Virus record (IMG/VR): IMGVR_UViG_3300022592_000003
Span: 25,243-89,242 of that record
Length of the DNA stretch: 64,000 bases
Source: a virus
Reading direction: 5' to 3' (one strand)
Part shown: in pieces, positions 19,698-29,234 of the stretch
How positions within the stretch are numbered: the stretch's first letter is position 1
Layout of the letters: each line of letters starts with the position of its first letter
Made by a program: the position numbers and the translations under genes
Notes under the pieces: generated by a model
What the model was told of the DNA's origin: nothing
Seen by the model: only the letters and a program-made list of their open reading frames with translations
Databases searched by the model: none

Positions 19698-19891
19698 AAG
19701 GCCGTCAGTTCACTTCAGTAGATAGCTGGGATAGGGCCTCCACAGGAGGTTGGACTGGGGGAGTATCCTCTAGCCTAAACCCTGGAAGTGAATCGGCATC
19801 TACAAAAAGGCGTCAAAAGACTAGCCATGCTAGAGGTAAAAAAGTAAGCCGTCCAAGGGTTCGGAAGCACCATAACCCTGACAAAAAGTAG
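19694..19891 (+). CDS. Small basic hypothetical protein
   Basis: ATGA coupling. Confidence 0.5.
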   Translation: MKGRQFTSVDSWDRASTGGWTGGVSSSLNPGSESASTKRRQKTSHARGKKVSRPRVRKHHNPDKK

Positions 19892-19912
19892 AATTAGGGA
19901 GATAATCCAACT

Positions 19913-20074
19913 ATGGCTAAAAAGATTCTTACACCAGAGGGTTCACCAATGGACTATAAGGTACAGAAGCTAAAGGCTAAGACTTCAGAAGATAAGATCC
20001 GAGAAGAACTTAAAGCCAAAGCCGCAACAACAGACAAGAAGTCGCCAGCTAAAAAGAAAGCAGGAAAGAAATAA
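19913..20074 (+). CDS. Lys-rich 53-aa protein (not in ORF track)
   Basis: MAKKILTPEGSP...KKSPAKKKAGKK; GGGAG RBS. Confidence 0.6.
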   Translation: MAKKILTPEGSPMDYKVQKLKAKTSEDKIREELKAKAATTDKKSPAKKKAGKK

Positions 20075-20280
20075 TGGGTATTCGTAGCTTTATACGAGAT
20101 CGTAAACCTGTAAACGCTTTTCGTGGATCAGAAAACGGAAACGCAGGAAGAGAATCTGCCTCAAGCTATGTTAATAGAACAAGCAATGATTCTACTTCTG
20201 ATTGGTCCGGCAGTGTTTGGGATGAGGGCGGTTCTTGGCACCCTAAAAAAAGCGGCTTACTAGGAAACGCAGAGGACTAA
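20074..20280 (+). CDS. Small paralog 1 (shared basic N-terminus)
   Basis: SFIRDRKPVNAFRGSENGNAGRESA. Confidence 0.7.
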   Translation: MGIRSFIRDRKPVNAFRGSENGNAGRESASSYVNRTSNDSTSDWSGSVWDEGGSWHPKKSGLLGNAED

Positions 20281-20282
20281 AC

Positions 20283-20693
20283 ATGGGACTTCGTAATTTT
20301 GTACGCAACCGTAAGCAGGTAACTGCATCTCGTGCTACCGAAGATGGTGGCGCCGGTCGTGAGGCAGCACAACGTCATGCTGGTATGGTTCCACCACCAC
20401 CTGGCATGGATAAGGTTTCTCAATGGCAGCAGTCTCAACGTATGCAGGGTTTGCTTGCTCAAAAAGATCGTCCTGTACACAATGACACTCGTCCTGATTG
20501 GGAACGTCAAGGCTTTAAGTCTGAAAACCATATGAATGAGAATAAAGAATTTACTGCTAAGGTTCAGGCAGATTACGCAGCTAGAGAACACGCTAAGTCA
20601 TGGCCTGCAAGGGAAAAAGAACTTCGTGAATCTAGCCCATCACCACAGGGTGGTCTTGTAAACCGTGCAATTCGGGAAGCAAAGGGCTACTAA
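20283..20693 (+). CDS. Small paralog 2
   Basis: NFVRNRKQVTASRATEDGGAGREAA. Confidence 0.75.
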   Translation: MGLRNFVRNRKQVTASRATEDGGAGREAAQRHAGMVPPPPGMDKVSQWQQSQRMQGLLAQKDRPVHNDTRPDWERQGFKSENHMNENKEFTAKVQADYAAREHAKSWPAREKELRESSPSPQGGLVNRAIREAKGY

Positions 20694-20695
20694 GT

Positions 20696-20839
20696 ATGAA
20701 GATGGTAGATAGCTACGTTCGTAAGCGTAAGCAAGTAAAGGCTGACCGAGCCACTGAACAAGGTGTTGCTGGACATAAGGCTGCAATGGAAGCATTGCGA
20801 CCTAACAAAATCGAAAAGGATGAAAACAATGGCCGTTAA
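20696..20839 (+). CDS. Small paralog 3 (47 aa, not in ORF track)
   Basis: SYVRKRKQVKADRATEQGVAGHKAA. Confidence 0.7.
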   Translation: MKMVDSYVRKRKQVKADRATEQGVAGHKAAMEALRPNKIEKDENNGR

Positions 20840-21110
20840 TGAGACACGTTCACTTAATGGTGGACTAACAGAAGGCGTAACAGACGGTAAGTACCGTAAG
20901 GTTCGCCCAAACACTGAAGTTGCCGCAGGCACAGGTGACGATCTCACCCTCGCTAATCGCCGTGGACTTCACCCATACTGGAACTATGACTTTATTGACC
21001 AGGCTGCACCCTCAATGGTAGAGCCAGGATCACTATCTGCTGCTTCAAAGCCACGCTCTCCAATGCCAGTAGCGCATATCTACAACGATCAAATGGGCGC
21101 TAACTACTAA
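20829..21110 (+). CDS. Hypothetical protein
   Basis: ATG 20829 after AAAGGA (MAVNETRSL...). Confidence 0.7.
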   Translation: MAVNETRSLNGGLTEGVTDGKYRKVRPNTEVAAGTGDDLTLANRRGLHPYWNYDFIDQAAPSMVEPGSLSAASKPRSPMPVAHIYNDQMGANY

Positions 21111-21111
21111 T

Positions 21112-21447
21112 ATGGACAAAGAGGGATACGACAAGAGTCCTAATCATCCGGTTCGGTCTAAAGAGGCCGCACCGGATAATGTCGTATCTATGCCAAACAT
21201 GCGTATGCGAAAGATGCGTGTTGGCTACCATAAGTTTATGGACAAGCATATAGGGGTAGAGCAGGTTATCCAACCTCCTGAGAATCTAGAGCCTAAAGAG
21301 CCTGAGACACGTTCAGAACACTTCGGCGTAGGGCAACAAGAAGGTACGCTTCATTCTCTCCATGAGCAGCGTATAAAACGTAATATGCGTGCCGGAGATG
21401 AATCGGTAGGTCGCATGATTAATATGGACGACCCAACAAAGGATTAA
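21112..21447 (+). CDS. Hypothetical protein
   Basis: Contiguous ORF in operon. Confidence 0.6.
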   Translation: MDKEGYDKSPNHPVRSKEAAPDNVVSMPNMRMRKMRVGYHKFMDKHIGVEQVIQPPENLEPKEPETRSEHFGVGQQEGTLHSLHEQRIKRNMRAGDESVGRMINMDDPTKD

Positions 21448-21448
21448 G

Positions 21449-22192
21449 ATGGCTAGCGTAGAAGATATCAATTATGGGAGTAGTTCTCCCGCAGGAAAGC
21501 AACAGGTACGTGAAACTACTGACGTTGTTGCCGGTGAAGTACGCCTGCCTGAGTCTGGCTTTGAACGCCAACGTACACATAAAGTAACTAATTTTGATAA
21601 ACCAGCTAAGTGCAGCAAGAGCGGTTGTCGTTTAGACGCCTCAAGGCGTGCAGAGATGACTGGCGCTGGAACTAAGAACTTCTGCTCACAGCACTGGGCT
21701 AAGATTGCACCCAATACCGATAGTTATGATCCAGCATCCGTAATGCTCGTTCGCCCAGAATATGGCGAAGAGATTCGTGGAGAAGACAGGGTTCAACGAC
21801 AGGTTAGCCGTGCTGAAGCAACTGCTGAAATCTTTAAGCATACCGGCATTCATCTACCTGTTCGTGGTCCAGGTAATCCACGTCAAGCTGTAGACCCTAA
21901 TTCTCCAGCACCAGATCATGTAACTCCCGTCATAGATAATGCCGTAGTTCGTGGTGGTCGTAACCTACCTGCTCTTAGCGAGGTTGATGCAAAGGCTCTT
22001 ATGCATAAGCGTAAGGTTGGCGGAGCAACTAAGAGTCAGGATGAAAAACTTGCTGACATCAAAGAAGAACTTCGCACTAACCCAAGTACAGCAACACCCA
22101 ATGATTTTGATGAATATGAAGACTTAATGAGTAGTTCTACCCCATCTAGGCGTGAATCAGGTCTTCGTAGCGGAGAACATCCACAGGATTAG
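21449..22192 (+). CDS. Hypothetical protein with C-x4-C...CxxH motif
   Basis: CSKSGC...FCSQHW. Confidence 0.65.
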   Translation: MASVEDINYGSSSPAGKQQVRETTDVVAGEVRLPESGFERQRTHKVTNFDKPAKCSKSGCRLDASRRAEMTGAGTKNFCSQHWAKIAPNTDSYDPASVMLVRPEYGEEIRGEDRVQRQVSRAEATAEIFKHTGIHLPVRGPGNPRQAVDPNSPAPDHVTPVIDNAVVRGGRNLPALSEVDAKALMHKRKVGGATKSQDEKLADIKEELRTNPSTATPNDFDEYEDLMSSSTPSRRESGLRSGEHPQD

Positions 22193-22248
22193 CGTTCTCC
22201 AGGTTTATCCTATATAATAAATATAGAAGACTTACTAAGGAGAGCAAG

Positions 22249-22830
22249 ATGGCTATTCCAATTTTAGGCCAAGGCGGCGGCGCTGCCGATGAAGGCACAT
22301 ATACAGAGATCAAGGACGATGGTCCTAAGATTCGTCTGCTCTATTGCTATAACTGCCGCACAATCGAGGAACTCCCTGACTTTGAGGGTAACCCCGATGA
22401 TGACGTCTTGCTGCAGGTACTCGTTGATAAGCATGAGTCTGCCGGCATTCCACACACTGGCTTCTTATCTAAGATCGGTGTAAAACTATACTCACGTCCT
22501 GAGGTACGCAAGCAAGTAATCGAAAACCTACGCAACAAGGTAGGTGGCGGCCTTGCTGATATTGACCCAGACTATTACACAACCAAGGCCACATTCGGTG
22601 ATGATGCTATGAAGTGCTTTAACCTTCATATGCGTCCTTCACAGGGTTGTATGGATTGGAAGCGTGAAAACAAGCGTCTTATTCCTAAGGGTACAGACGA
22701 TATCCGTAAAGAATTAGGTCTGGAGAGTGCAGCAAAGTCTGCTAGTACAAAGGTTTACCTTTGCGACTTCTGCCCTGCTAAGACCTATGTAGTTGAACAA
22801 AACCGTAAAAAAATGGGACTATACGAATAG
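22249..22830 (+). CDS. Cys-rich hypothetical protein
   Basis: CYNC, C..H...C, CDFCP; TATAAT and AAGGAG upstream. Confidence 0.75.
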   Translation: MAIPILGQGGGAADEGTYTEIKDDGPKIRLLYCYNCRTIEELPDFEGNPDDDVLLQVLVDKHESAGIPHTGFLSKIGVKLYSRPEVRKQVIENLRNKVGGGLADIDPDYYTTKATFGDDAMKCFNLHMRPSQGCMDWKRENKRLIPKGTDDIRKELGLESAAKSASTKVYLCDFCPAKTYVVEQNRKKMGLYE

Positions 22831-22837
22831 AGGAAAT

Positions 22838-23110
22838 ATGTCAGAAGATACAACAACACCTACAACACCTGAAACCCCTGAAATCGCATTTGGCTTCGCA
22901 GTCTTGGTAGATGCTGAGGGAAACGTATTCGTAGAGCGTAACAAGGAAGCTTTTGCTCTCCCTGTAGACCGTGATGCGACTCTCCTAGAAGTTCGCCGTT
23001 ACGCATCTGAAGTCCTCATGGATTTGCAGGCTCAGTCAGCCGCTGAATATGTGGCTCTTCGTTTAGCTGTAGATAAGGCTAAGGCAGCAGAGGCAGCCCC
23101 GACAGCATAA
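22838..23110 (+). CDS. Hypothetical protein
   Basis: GAGGA RBS before ATG 22838. Confidence 0.65.
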   Translation: MSEDTTTPTTPETPEIAFGFAVLVDAEGNVFVERNKEAFALPVDRDATLLEVRRYASEVLMDLQAQSAAEYVALRLAVDKAKAAEAAPTA

Positions 23111-23161
23111 CTCTTTCGCTCATGCCGAGACGTAACGACTAAGACGAGAGAGAATAGGCGC

Positions 23162-24076
23162 ATGGACTTTGAGAATTATGGAGACGTACCCAGCATTACA
23201 CCTGGGTCTACTTCCTATTTCAGTGCGCCTTCTTCCGAGCTTGATCCAAAGCTCTTTCAGGGAGATCATCTCAACGCTTGGGTACGTTCCGGCATCCTAA
23301 ATATGCTCTTTGAGTATTTGGTGAAGTATTACGCTGATCCACATGCTTGGGTGCATGCTTGGCTTGCAGGCTCTGGAGTCTCCTATCAATGGGAGGCTTC
23401 CAGAGAACCTGGCGATCTAGATTGCTTGGTTGGAATTGACTATGTCAAGTTCCGTCAGAGTAATCCTGAGTTTACCGGCTACTCCGATGTTGAGATCTCA
23501 AAGACTTTCAACGAAGGTTTCAATGGGGACCTAATGCCTAAGACCCGTAACTGGGAAGGCTATGAGCTTACATACTATGTAAACCCACAGTCAGACATTA
23601 GGGATATTAATCCTTATGCAGCTTATGATCTCACTGCAGATTCTTGGACTGTATATCCGGAGCATAACCCACAGCCGCCATACAGCCGTGCATGGGAACA
23701 GAAAACCCAGCGGGATGAAGACATGGCCCAGGATATGTTAAAGAAGTATGCGGATGCCTTGAACGAGGTACGCAATACTGCTAATCCGGCTTATCGTGTA
23801 AACGCAGAGCGAAAGCTACGTCTTGCTATGGAGCAGGCTTCAGCTTTCTATGATGATATTCACCAGAACCGTAAAGTTGCTTTCAGCAAGACCGGATCTG
23901 GATACGCAGACTTCAACAATTACCGTTGGCAGGCTGGTAAGCGTTCTGGAGTAATCCAGGCGTTACGCTCTATTAAAGAACATAAGACCGCACTAGATAC
24001 AGAGACACAGAAGCAAACCTACGGAATAGAGCTGCCAGATGCTGCAACCCTAGTCCGGAGAACTTTGCGTGGCTAA
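23162..24076 (+). CDS. Pol-beta superfamily nucleotidyltransferase-like protein
   Basis: LAGSGVSYQW...GDLDCLV (GS...DxD) and ELTYYV. Confidence 0.7.
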   Translation: MDFENYGDVPSITPGSTSYFSAPSSELDPKLFQGDHLNAWVRSGILNMLFEYLVKYYADPHAWVHAWLAGSGVSYQWEASREPGDLDCLVGIDYVKFRQSNPEFTGYSDVEISKTFNEGFNGDLMPKTRNWEGYELTYYVNPQSDIRDINPYAAYDLTADSWTVYPEHNPQPPYSRAWEQKTQRDEDMAQDMLKKYADALNEVRNTANPAYRVNAERKLRLAMEQASAFYDDIHQNRKVAFSKTGSGYADFNNYRWQAGKRSGVIQALRSIKEHKTALDTETQKQTYGIELPDAATLVRRTLRG

Positions 24077-24167
24077 GTGTAAAAACTGTAAGCACCCCAT
24101 GGAATACGGGGTATGTGAGGTCGAAAACTGTAATTGTATTTGTGAACGCAATTTATCGGAGGACTAA
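24069..24167 (+). CDS. 32-aa Cys-rich peptide (not in ORF track)
   Basis: MAKCKNCKHPMEYGVCEVENCNCICERNLSED fills the intergenic gap. Confidence 0.5.
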   Translation: MAKCKNCKHPMEYGVCEVENCNCICERNLSED

Positions 24168-24632
24168 ATGGCTACGGCACTCATCTCAGTAGAGGGAGTA
24201 ATGAAGACCGAAGGTGGGGACCCGATTCAAGAGGGTATCCGACTCTATCGCATCCTGGCTGAACACTATCGGGTGGTAATCTGCTCCGACCTATCTGAAG
24301 ACCTAACAGAGCATTGGCTACGAGCCAATATGATTGTCGGCTATGCCGATATCTATGACACTCGCCATTTCTTTGAGGGTCAGGATTTGCGGGCCCGACA
24401 CCTAGACCTAGCTTTACAGCGGGGTCGAGTAGCTCTATTTGTAGATCCCGATGCGGATCGGTGCGCCTATGCACTCTCTAAGAACGTAACTACTCTCATG
24501 TTTGCTGAACCTAAGTTTGTCCGTACAACCCGTATGGTCAAGCCTTGGGACGAGCTGAAGGTTGAGATTGAACGTCAGCGGGATGCCCTTCTTGATGCTC
24601 ACCTCGGAAGTCAGATTAAGCGGTACGAATGA
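24168..24632 (+). CDS. HAD-fold-like protein, degenerate motif I
   Basis: LISVEGVM in place of DxDG; PIQEGI, EHWL, LFVDPD pattern. Confidence 0.55.
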   Translation: MATALISVEGVMKTEGGDPIQEGIRLYRILAEHYRVVICSDLSEDLTEHWLRANMIVGYADIYDTRHFFEGQDLRARHLDLALQRGRVALFVDPDADRCAYALSKNVTTLMFAEPKFVRTTRMVKPWDELKVEIERQRDALLDAHLGSQIKRYE

Positions 24633-26107
24633 ACATTGTCTTCATGGGCGGTGAAGTACCCTCACACAGGATCCTCCTGGCTAATGCCGGAGTTAAGCAC
24701 ATCAGCGTCAACTACTTCAGGTTGGTAAAGCGTGGTCTCCCAAAGACCAAAGACTACCTACTTAAAGAGCGGTTCCCTGATGACGTCCTCATCTATGTAG
24801 ATGGCGGCGGCCACCAGATCAATGATCTCAACATGACACAGCGGGAGCTCGAAGAGTATGCCGCTGACTACCAGGACTTCATTACTATTAATGAGGATAG
24901 AATCCACCTCGCAACCGAGTTGGATGCCAAAGCTTTGGGCCCTAACTGGATCAACCACCAGCGTCGTACCTTTTGGGAGGATTTTGGCCTAGAGCGTGCC
25001 TCTATGGTGTGGCACTCAGAAACAGGCCATACTGGTCTCTACAACCTCGCAGAGCAATATCTCAACGTTTCTATCTTGGGTGAGTCTATCGAGGACGATA
25101 CGAGCCTCTCAGCCCGTTCTAGGGCCCTTTTGAGCCAGTTTCCTGACCTGCAGTTCCATGGTGTAGCATGTGCTAAGCCAGATAATTTGAGGCAGGTACC
25201 GGTAACCACAGCTGCTACCCTTTCTTGGCTAAGTCCTATGATGAGAGGTGAGACAATTGTCTGGGATGGCACTAGACTAGTCCGCTACCAGAAGAAACAG
25301 AAAGACCAGGCTCGACCCCGCTACAAGGCGATCATCGAGAAGGCTGGGCTGGACTTTGACAAGATTATTAATGACGATAGTAACGAGGTTACCCGCCTCG
25401 CCATCTGGAGTTATCTGCAGCTAGAGAATTCATTAGACAAGCAAAGGAAGCCCATGTTATCTGATCAGAGTGATCCACTAGATAGTGCAGGTTCTGCGGA
25501 AACTAGGGGTATCAGTCCTGATAACAGAGGGTCTGAGGTGCGGAAAGATTTGACCGCCCGCAAGCCTGAAGACATGCAAACCCTGCCAGTTTTCGGGGTT
25601 ACGAATAAGACTATTTTCGAGAAAGACGTTGATGGCAGGGATGTTATCAGGGAGGCTCCGGTATTAGAGAGCACCCATACTTCCTTCCGTCAGTGCAACA
25701 CCTGCTTCGTTGCAAGCAATTGTCCGGCCTTCAAACCGAACAATTCTTGTGCCTTCAGCCTCCCGGTAGAGATTAAGACCAAGGAGCAGTTGAAGGGATT
25801 ACTCAACGCAATTATCGAAATGCAGGGCGCTAGAGTCGCTTTTGCACGTTTTGCGGAGGAATTAAACGGCGGATACCCGGATCCAAACACCGGGCAGGAG
25901 ATTGACCGACTCTTTAAGATCGTAAATGAGGTCAAGAAGTTAGAGGAGAACAAGGAGGTTCTCCGCATGACGGTGGAGCGTCAAAGCTCAGGAGGAGTCA
26001 TGTCAGCACTATTCGGAGACCGGGCCAACACCCTAAAGGAGTTGTCTGGAAATGGGTTAAGTGAAGGGGACGCCAGCAAAATAATCAAAGACCAATTAGA
26101 AGGATAG
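24629..26107 (+). CDS. TGT/DpdA-like barrel protein (degenerate) fused to a 4-Cys domain
   Basis: YVDGGG, ELD, MVWH, FHGVA, TAATLSW run parallel to DSG/LD/PVWH/HGFG/DSTSW; CNTC-x5-C-x8-C in the C-terminal part. Confidence 0.55.
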   Translation: MNIVFMGGEVPSHRILLANAGVKHISVNYFRLVKRGLPKTKDYLLKERFPDDVLIYVDGGGHQINDLNMTQRELEEYAADYQDFITINEDRIHLATELDAKALGPNWINHQRRTFWEDFGLERASMVWHSETGHTGLYNLAEQYLNVSILGESIEDDTSLSARSRALLSQFPDLQFHGVACAKPDNLRQVPVTTAATLSWLSPMMRGETIVWDGTRLVRYQKKQKDQARPRYKAIIEKAGLDFDKIINDDSNEVTRLAIWSYLQLENSLDKQRKPMLSDQSDPLDSAGSAETRGISPDNRGSEVRKDLTARKPEDMQTLPVFGVTNKTIFEKDVDGRDVIREAPVLESTHTSFRQCNTCFVASNCPAFKPNNSCAFSLPVEIKTKEQLKGLLNAIIEMQGARVAFARFAEELNGGYPDPNTGQEIDRLFKIVNEVKKLEENKEVLRMTVERQSSGGVMSALFGDRANTLKELSGNGLSEGDASKIIKDQLEG

Positions 26108-26147
26108 ACCTGATCACAGTGAGAATATATAAGAAAGAGGATATGTA

Positions 26148-28178
26148 GTGTTTTCGTTTAAACTAGCAGAAGATTTTGTCAGTTCCTATCGTTCGAAGAA
26201 GGTCCCCTGGGGTTACCAGGATGCTGCGGGTAACTCCGTAGGCGAGATTACTTTCTTGCGTACCTACTCCCGTCTTAAAGAGGACGGAACCAAGGAAACT
26301 TGGACAGATGTATGTGAGCGTGTCATTGACGGCATGTATTCACTTCAGAAAGACCACGCCAAGCAGAACCGTCTGCCTTGGTCTGACGTTAAGGCCGCTT
26401 CCTCAGCGAAGGAAGCCTTTGACCGCCTCTGGAACCTAAAGTGGACTCCACCCGGCCGTGGCCTATGGATGATGGGTACACCCCTCGTCAATGTTCAGAA
26501 GAACTCTGCAGCGTTGCAGAACTGCTCCTTTGTATCTACAAATGCTATGACCAAGATTGACCCAGCCAAGCCTTTCGCCTTCCTTATGGAGGCATCTATG
26601 CTGGGAGTCGGTGTTGGCTTTGATGATAAGGGGGCAGATAAAGACTTTACTATCTACCCTTGCGAAGCAGGAGAAACATATGTCATCCCCGACACCCGAG
26701 AAGGCTGGGTTGAATCCACAGCCGCCCTCATCAATTCTTACCTTAAGCCAGATACGAAGTGCCCTGTATTTGACTACTCACAAATCCGACCAGCCGGTAC
26801 TCCGATTAAAACCTTTGGAGGCACCGCAGCCGGAGCAGAACCGCTAATCAAACTCCACAACCATATCTCTAGGATCTTTGGAAGTCGTGCCGGTGACAAG
26901 CTCACCCGTCGTGACATTGCAGATCTTGGAAACCTTATTGGCGTTTGCGTAGTATCCGGTAACGTCCGCCGCTCAGCAGAGCTTCTCATTGGTCGTATTG
27001 ACGATGAGGAATTTCTGAACTTAAAGAATGCTGAAGCATTCCCAGAGCGTAACTCCTACGATCCAGAGAATCCTGGTTGGGGTTGGATGTCTAACAACTC
27101 TGTCGAGGTATCTGTCGGTCAGGACCTAACCCCCATCATTGAGGGTATTGCCCGCAACGGTGAGCCTGGCGTAATCTGGATGGATGTAACCCGTAAGTAC
27201 GGTCGTCTTGCAGATCCTGAGAACAACAAGGACTGGCGTGCAGCTGGGTACAACCCATGTGCAGAGCAGTCATTGGAATCAATGGAGTGCTGTACTTTGG
27301 TTGAGACATATATCAATCGTCACGACAGCCTAGAGGATTTCAAGCGCACCTTGAAATTCGCATACCTCTACGCTAAAACAGTTACTTTGATCCCTACGCA
27401 CTGGGAGGAGACCAACGCTATCATGCAGCGTAACCGCCGCATCGGTACGTCAATCTCCGGTATCGCCAACTTTGCCGATACAAAGGGTCTCCCACTCCTT
27501 CGTACATGGATGGATGAGGGTTACAAGGTAGTAACTAGCTATGACAAGAGTTACTCTGAATGGCTCGGCATCCGTGAATCAATCAAGATGACAACTGTAA
27601 AGCCATCCGGCACAGTCTCAATCTTGGCTGGAGAATCTCCAGGAGTTCACTGGACCCCAGGCGGCGAGTACTTCCTTCGTACCATCCGCTTTGCTAACAA
27701 TGACCCTATGTTGCCTCTATTTAAGATGGCTAACTACCGCATTGAGCCTTCGAGTACCGACCCAGATAATACCTCAGTCGTATACTTCCCGATCAAGTCT
27801 CAGGCCCAGCGTTCTGAGAAGGATGTCTCTATTTACGAGAAGATGGCACTGGCAGCTACTGCCCAGCGTTACTGGTCAGATAACTCTGTATCTGTAACCG
27901 TGTCGTTTAATCCTAAGACTGAGGCCGAAGCTATTGGCACCGTACTGCACATGTACGATGGTCAATTAAAGACCGTATCATTCCTTGCTATGGATGATAC
28001 TCTTTATCCCCAAATGCCGTACACCCAGAGTACTGCTGAGGAATATGAAGCAGCAACTGCAAGTCTTTTTCCAATTGACCTAGCTGGTGTCTACGCAGGT
28101 ATGGCCTTCGATGCTATCGGAGAAGCGTACTGCACAACAGATGCTTGCGAAATTAAGTTGGTAAAGGACAATCAGTAA
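26148..28178 (+). CDS. nrdJ: Class II (adenosylcobalamin) ribonucleotide reductase
   Basis: TPPGRGLW, LQNC, GNVRRSA, NPCAEQ, TTVKPSGT, C-terminal CTTDAC. Confidence 0.95.
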   Translation: MFSFKLAEDFVSSYRSKKVPWGYQDAAGNSVGEITFLRTYSRLKEDGTKETWTDVCERVIDGMYSLQKDHAKQNRLPWSDVKAASSAKEAFDRLWNLKWTPPGRGLWMMGTPLVNVQKNSAALQNCSFVSTNAMTKIDPAKPFAFLMEASMLGVGVGFDDKGADKDFTIYPCEAGETYVIPDTREGWVESTAALINSYLKPDTKCPVFDYSQIRPAGTPIKTFGGTAAGAEPLIKLHNHISRIFGSRAGDKLTRRDIADLGNLIGVCVVSGNVRRSAELLIGRIDDEEFLNLKNAEAFPERNSYDPENPGWGWMSNNSVEVSVGQDLTPIIEGIARNGEPGVIWMDVTRKYGRLADPENNKDWRAAGYNPCAEQSLESMECCTLVETYINRHDSLEDFKRTLKFAYLYAKTVTLIPTHWEETNAIMQRNRRIGTSISGIANFADTKGLPLLRTWMDEGYKVVTSYDKSYSEWLGIRESIKMTTVKPSGTVSILAGESPGVHWTPGGEYFLRTIRFANNDPMLPLFKMANYRIEPSSTDPDNTSVVYFPIKSQAQRSEKDVSIYEKMALAATAQRYWSDNSVSVTVSFNPKTEAEAIGTVLHMYDGQLKTVSFLAMDDTLYPQMPYTQSTAEEYEAATASLFPIDLAGVYAGMAFDAIGEAYCTTDACEIKLVKDNQ

Positions 28179-28405
28179 TGGTAACCGTATACAGCAATCC
28201 AAATTGCTCACAATGCGAGGCTACTAAGCGCTTTCTTACTTTGAAGGAGATTCCTTTCGAAGCTAAGATGCTGGAGGATTCTCCAGAGATTATGCCACTG
28301 ATCAAGGAGAAGGGGTACAAGGTAGCTCCTGTAGTAGTTACCGATACCGATTCGTGGTCAGGCTTTAAACTAGACAAGCTAAACGAACTAGCAGAAACCG
28401 CCTAA
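28178..28405 (+). CDS. nrdH: NrdH-like glutaredoxin
   Basis: VYSNPNCSQC...APVV...WSGF. Confidence 0.92.
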   Translation: MVTVYSNPNCSQCEATKRFLTLKEIPFEAKMLEDSPEIMPLIKEKGYKVAPVVVTDTDSWSGFKLDKLNELAETA

Positions 28406-28413
28406 GGAGAACC

Positions 28414-28557
28414 ATGTCAGACGATCTAAACCCAGACCTATTCGATGAAGACTTCGAAGATGACTTCGAAGACGGCCTTGATGAACTAGACCTCGATGAT
28501 GAGGACCTAGATGACCTCGAAGCAGACCTCGCAGATGACGAGGATGTAGAGGCCTAA
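28414..28557 (+). CDS. Extremely acidic 47-aa protein (not in ORF track)
   Basis: AAGGAG RBS; MSDDLNPDLFDEDFEDDFEDGLDELDLDDEDLDDLEADLADDEDVEA. Confidence 0.75.
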   Translation: MSDDLNPDLFDEDFEDDFEDGLDELDLDDEDLDDLEADLADDEDVEA

Positions 28558-28578
28558 AAAACGGCCAACACAAACATT

Positions 28579-28610
28579 TGGCCCCCGACTCAATGAAGAG
28601 CCGGGGGCCA
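28579..28610. terminator. Hairpin at the convergence of the two arms
   Basis: TGGCCCCC...GGGGGCCA stem. Confidence 0.65.
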
Positions 28611-28624
28611 TTTGCTTGTCCTAA

Positions 28625-28834
28625 TTAACTAGCTAAGACACGACCTGAGTTATCCGTTAACTCAAAGTACTGAGTGTCCGAGTCATCTATATCTTCATAG
28701 CTCTCTAGCTCATCAGGATATGTGTCGCCTGCAAGAAGCTGCTCGTATATATCCTTAGCATGCTCGGCGTCATCTGCGTCAAATATTAGTGTGCCATTCT
28801 TCTGCATACTAAACATTACTCTGAACTTAGCCAT
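28625..28834 (-). CDS. Small acidic hypothetical protein
   Basis: AAGGAGG RBS; MAKFRVMF... Confidence 0.65.
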   Translation of the reverse strand: MAKFRVMFSMQKNGTLIFDADDAEHAKDIYEQLLAGDTYPDELESYEDIDDSDTQYFELTDNSGRVLAS

Positions 28835-28957
28835 TGGTTTCCTCCTTGTATTGGCATTCACATTCTTTTACATCAAAGTCGTCATTAGATTCCCAATAGA
28901 CGACCCCCGTACCATGACACATATTACAGGTACGGGGTAGTACGGTTTCCATGTCCA

Positions 28958-29224
28958 TCATGCATCAGCCTTCCAGGTCAACTCACCTGCTAGGTGTGTA
29001 GGCTTACCAGCTTCATTTGTAGCACCGATAACCATCTTGATTGACTTGCGCGGTGTGTTCTCAAGTACGTAAGCCTTGAGATATCGCTTAGCTGCAGATG
29101 GGTTAGCCCAAGCAGAGTGCATAGAACCATTGCTGTCTGTAACAGTCAATAACCATGCCCCACCCTTCTCTACAGTTGTGTTCTTAGTTAGTGTTGCTTC
29201 TAGTTTCTTAGTTACTTTAGCCAT
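28958..29224 (-). CDS. Basic hypothetical protein
   Basis: GGAGG RBS. Confidence 0.7.
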   Translation of the reverse strand: MAKVTKKLEATLTKNTTVEKGGAWLLTVTDSNGSMHSAWANPSAAKRYLKAYVLENTPRKSIKMVIGATNEAGKPTHLAGELTWKADA

Positions 29225-29234
29225 CTGTGCCCTC

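Noticed and set aside
26148-28178. Intron or intein in NrdJ (also considered for polymerase, RecA, terminase)
   Set aside because: ORFs are continuous, of normal length, with no intein boundary motifs seen.
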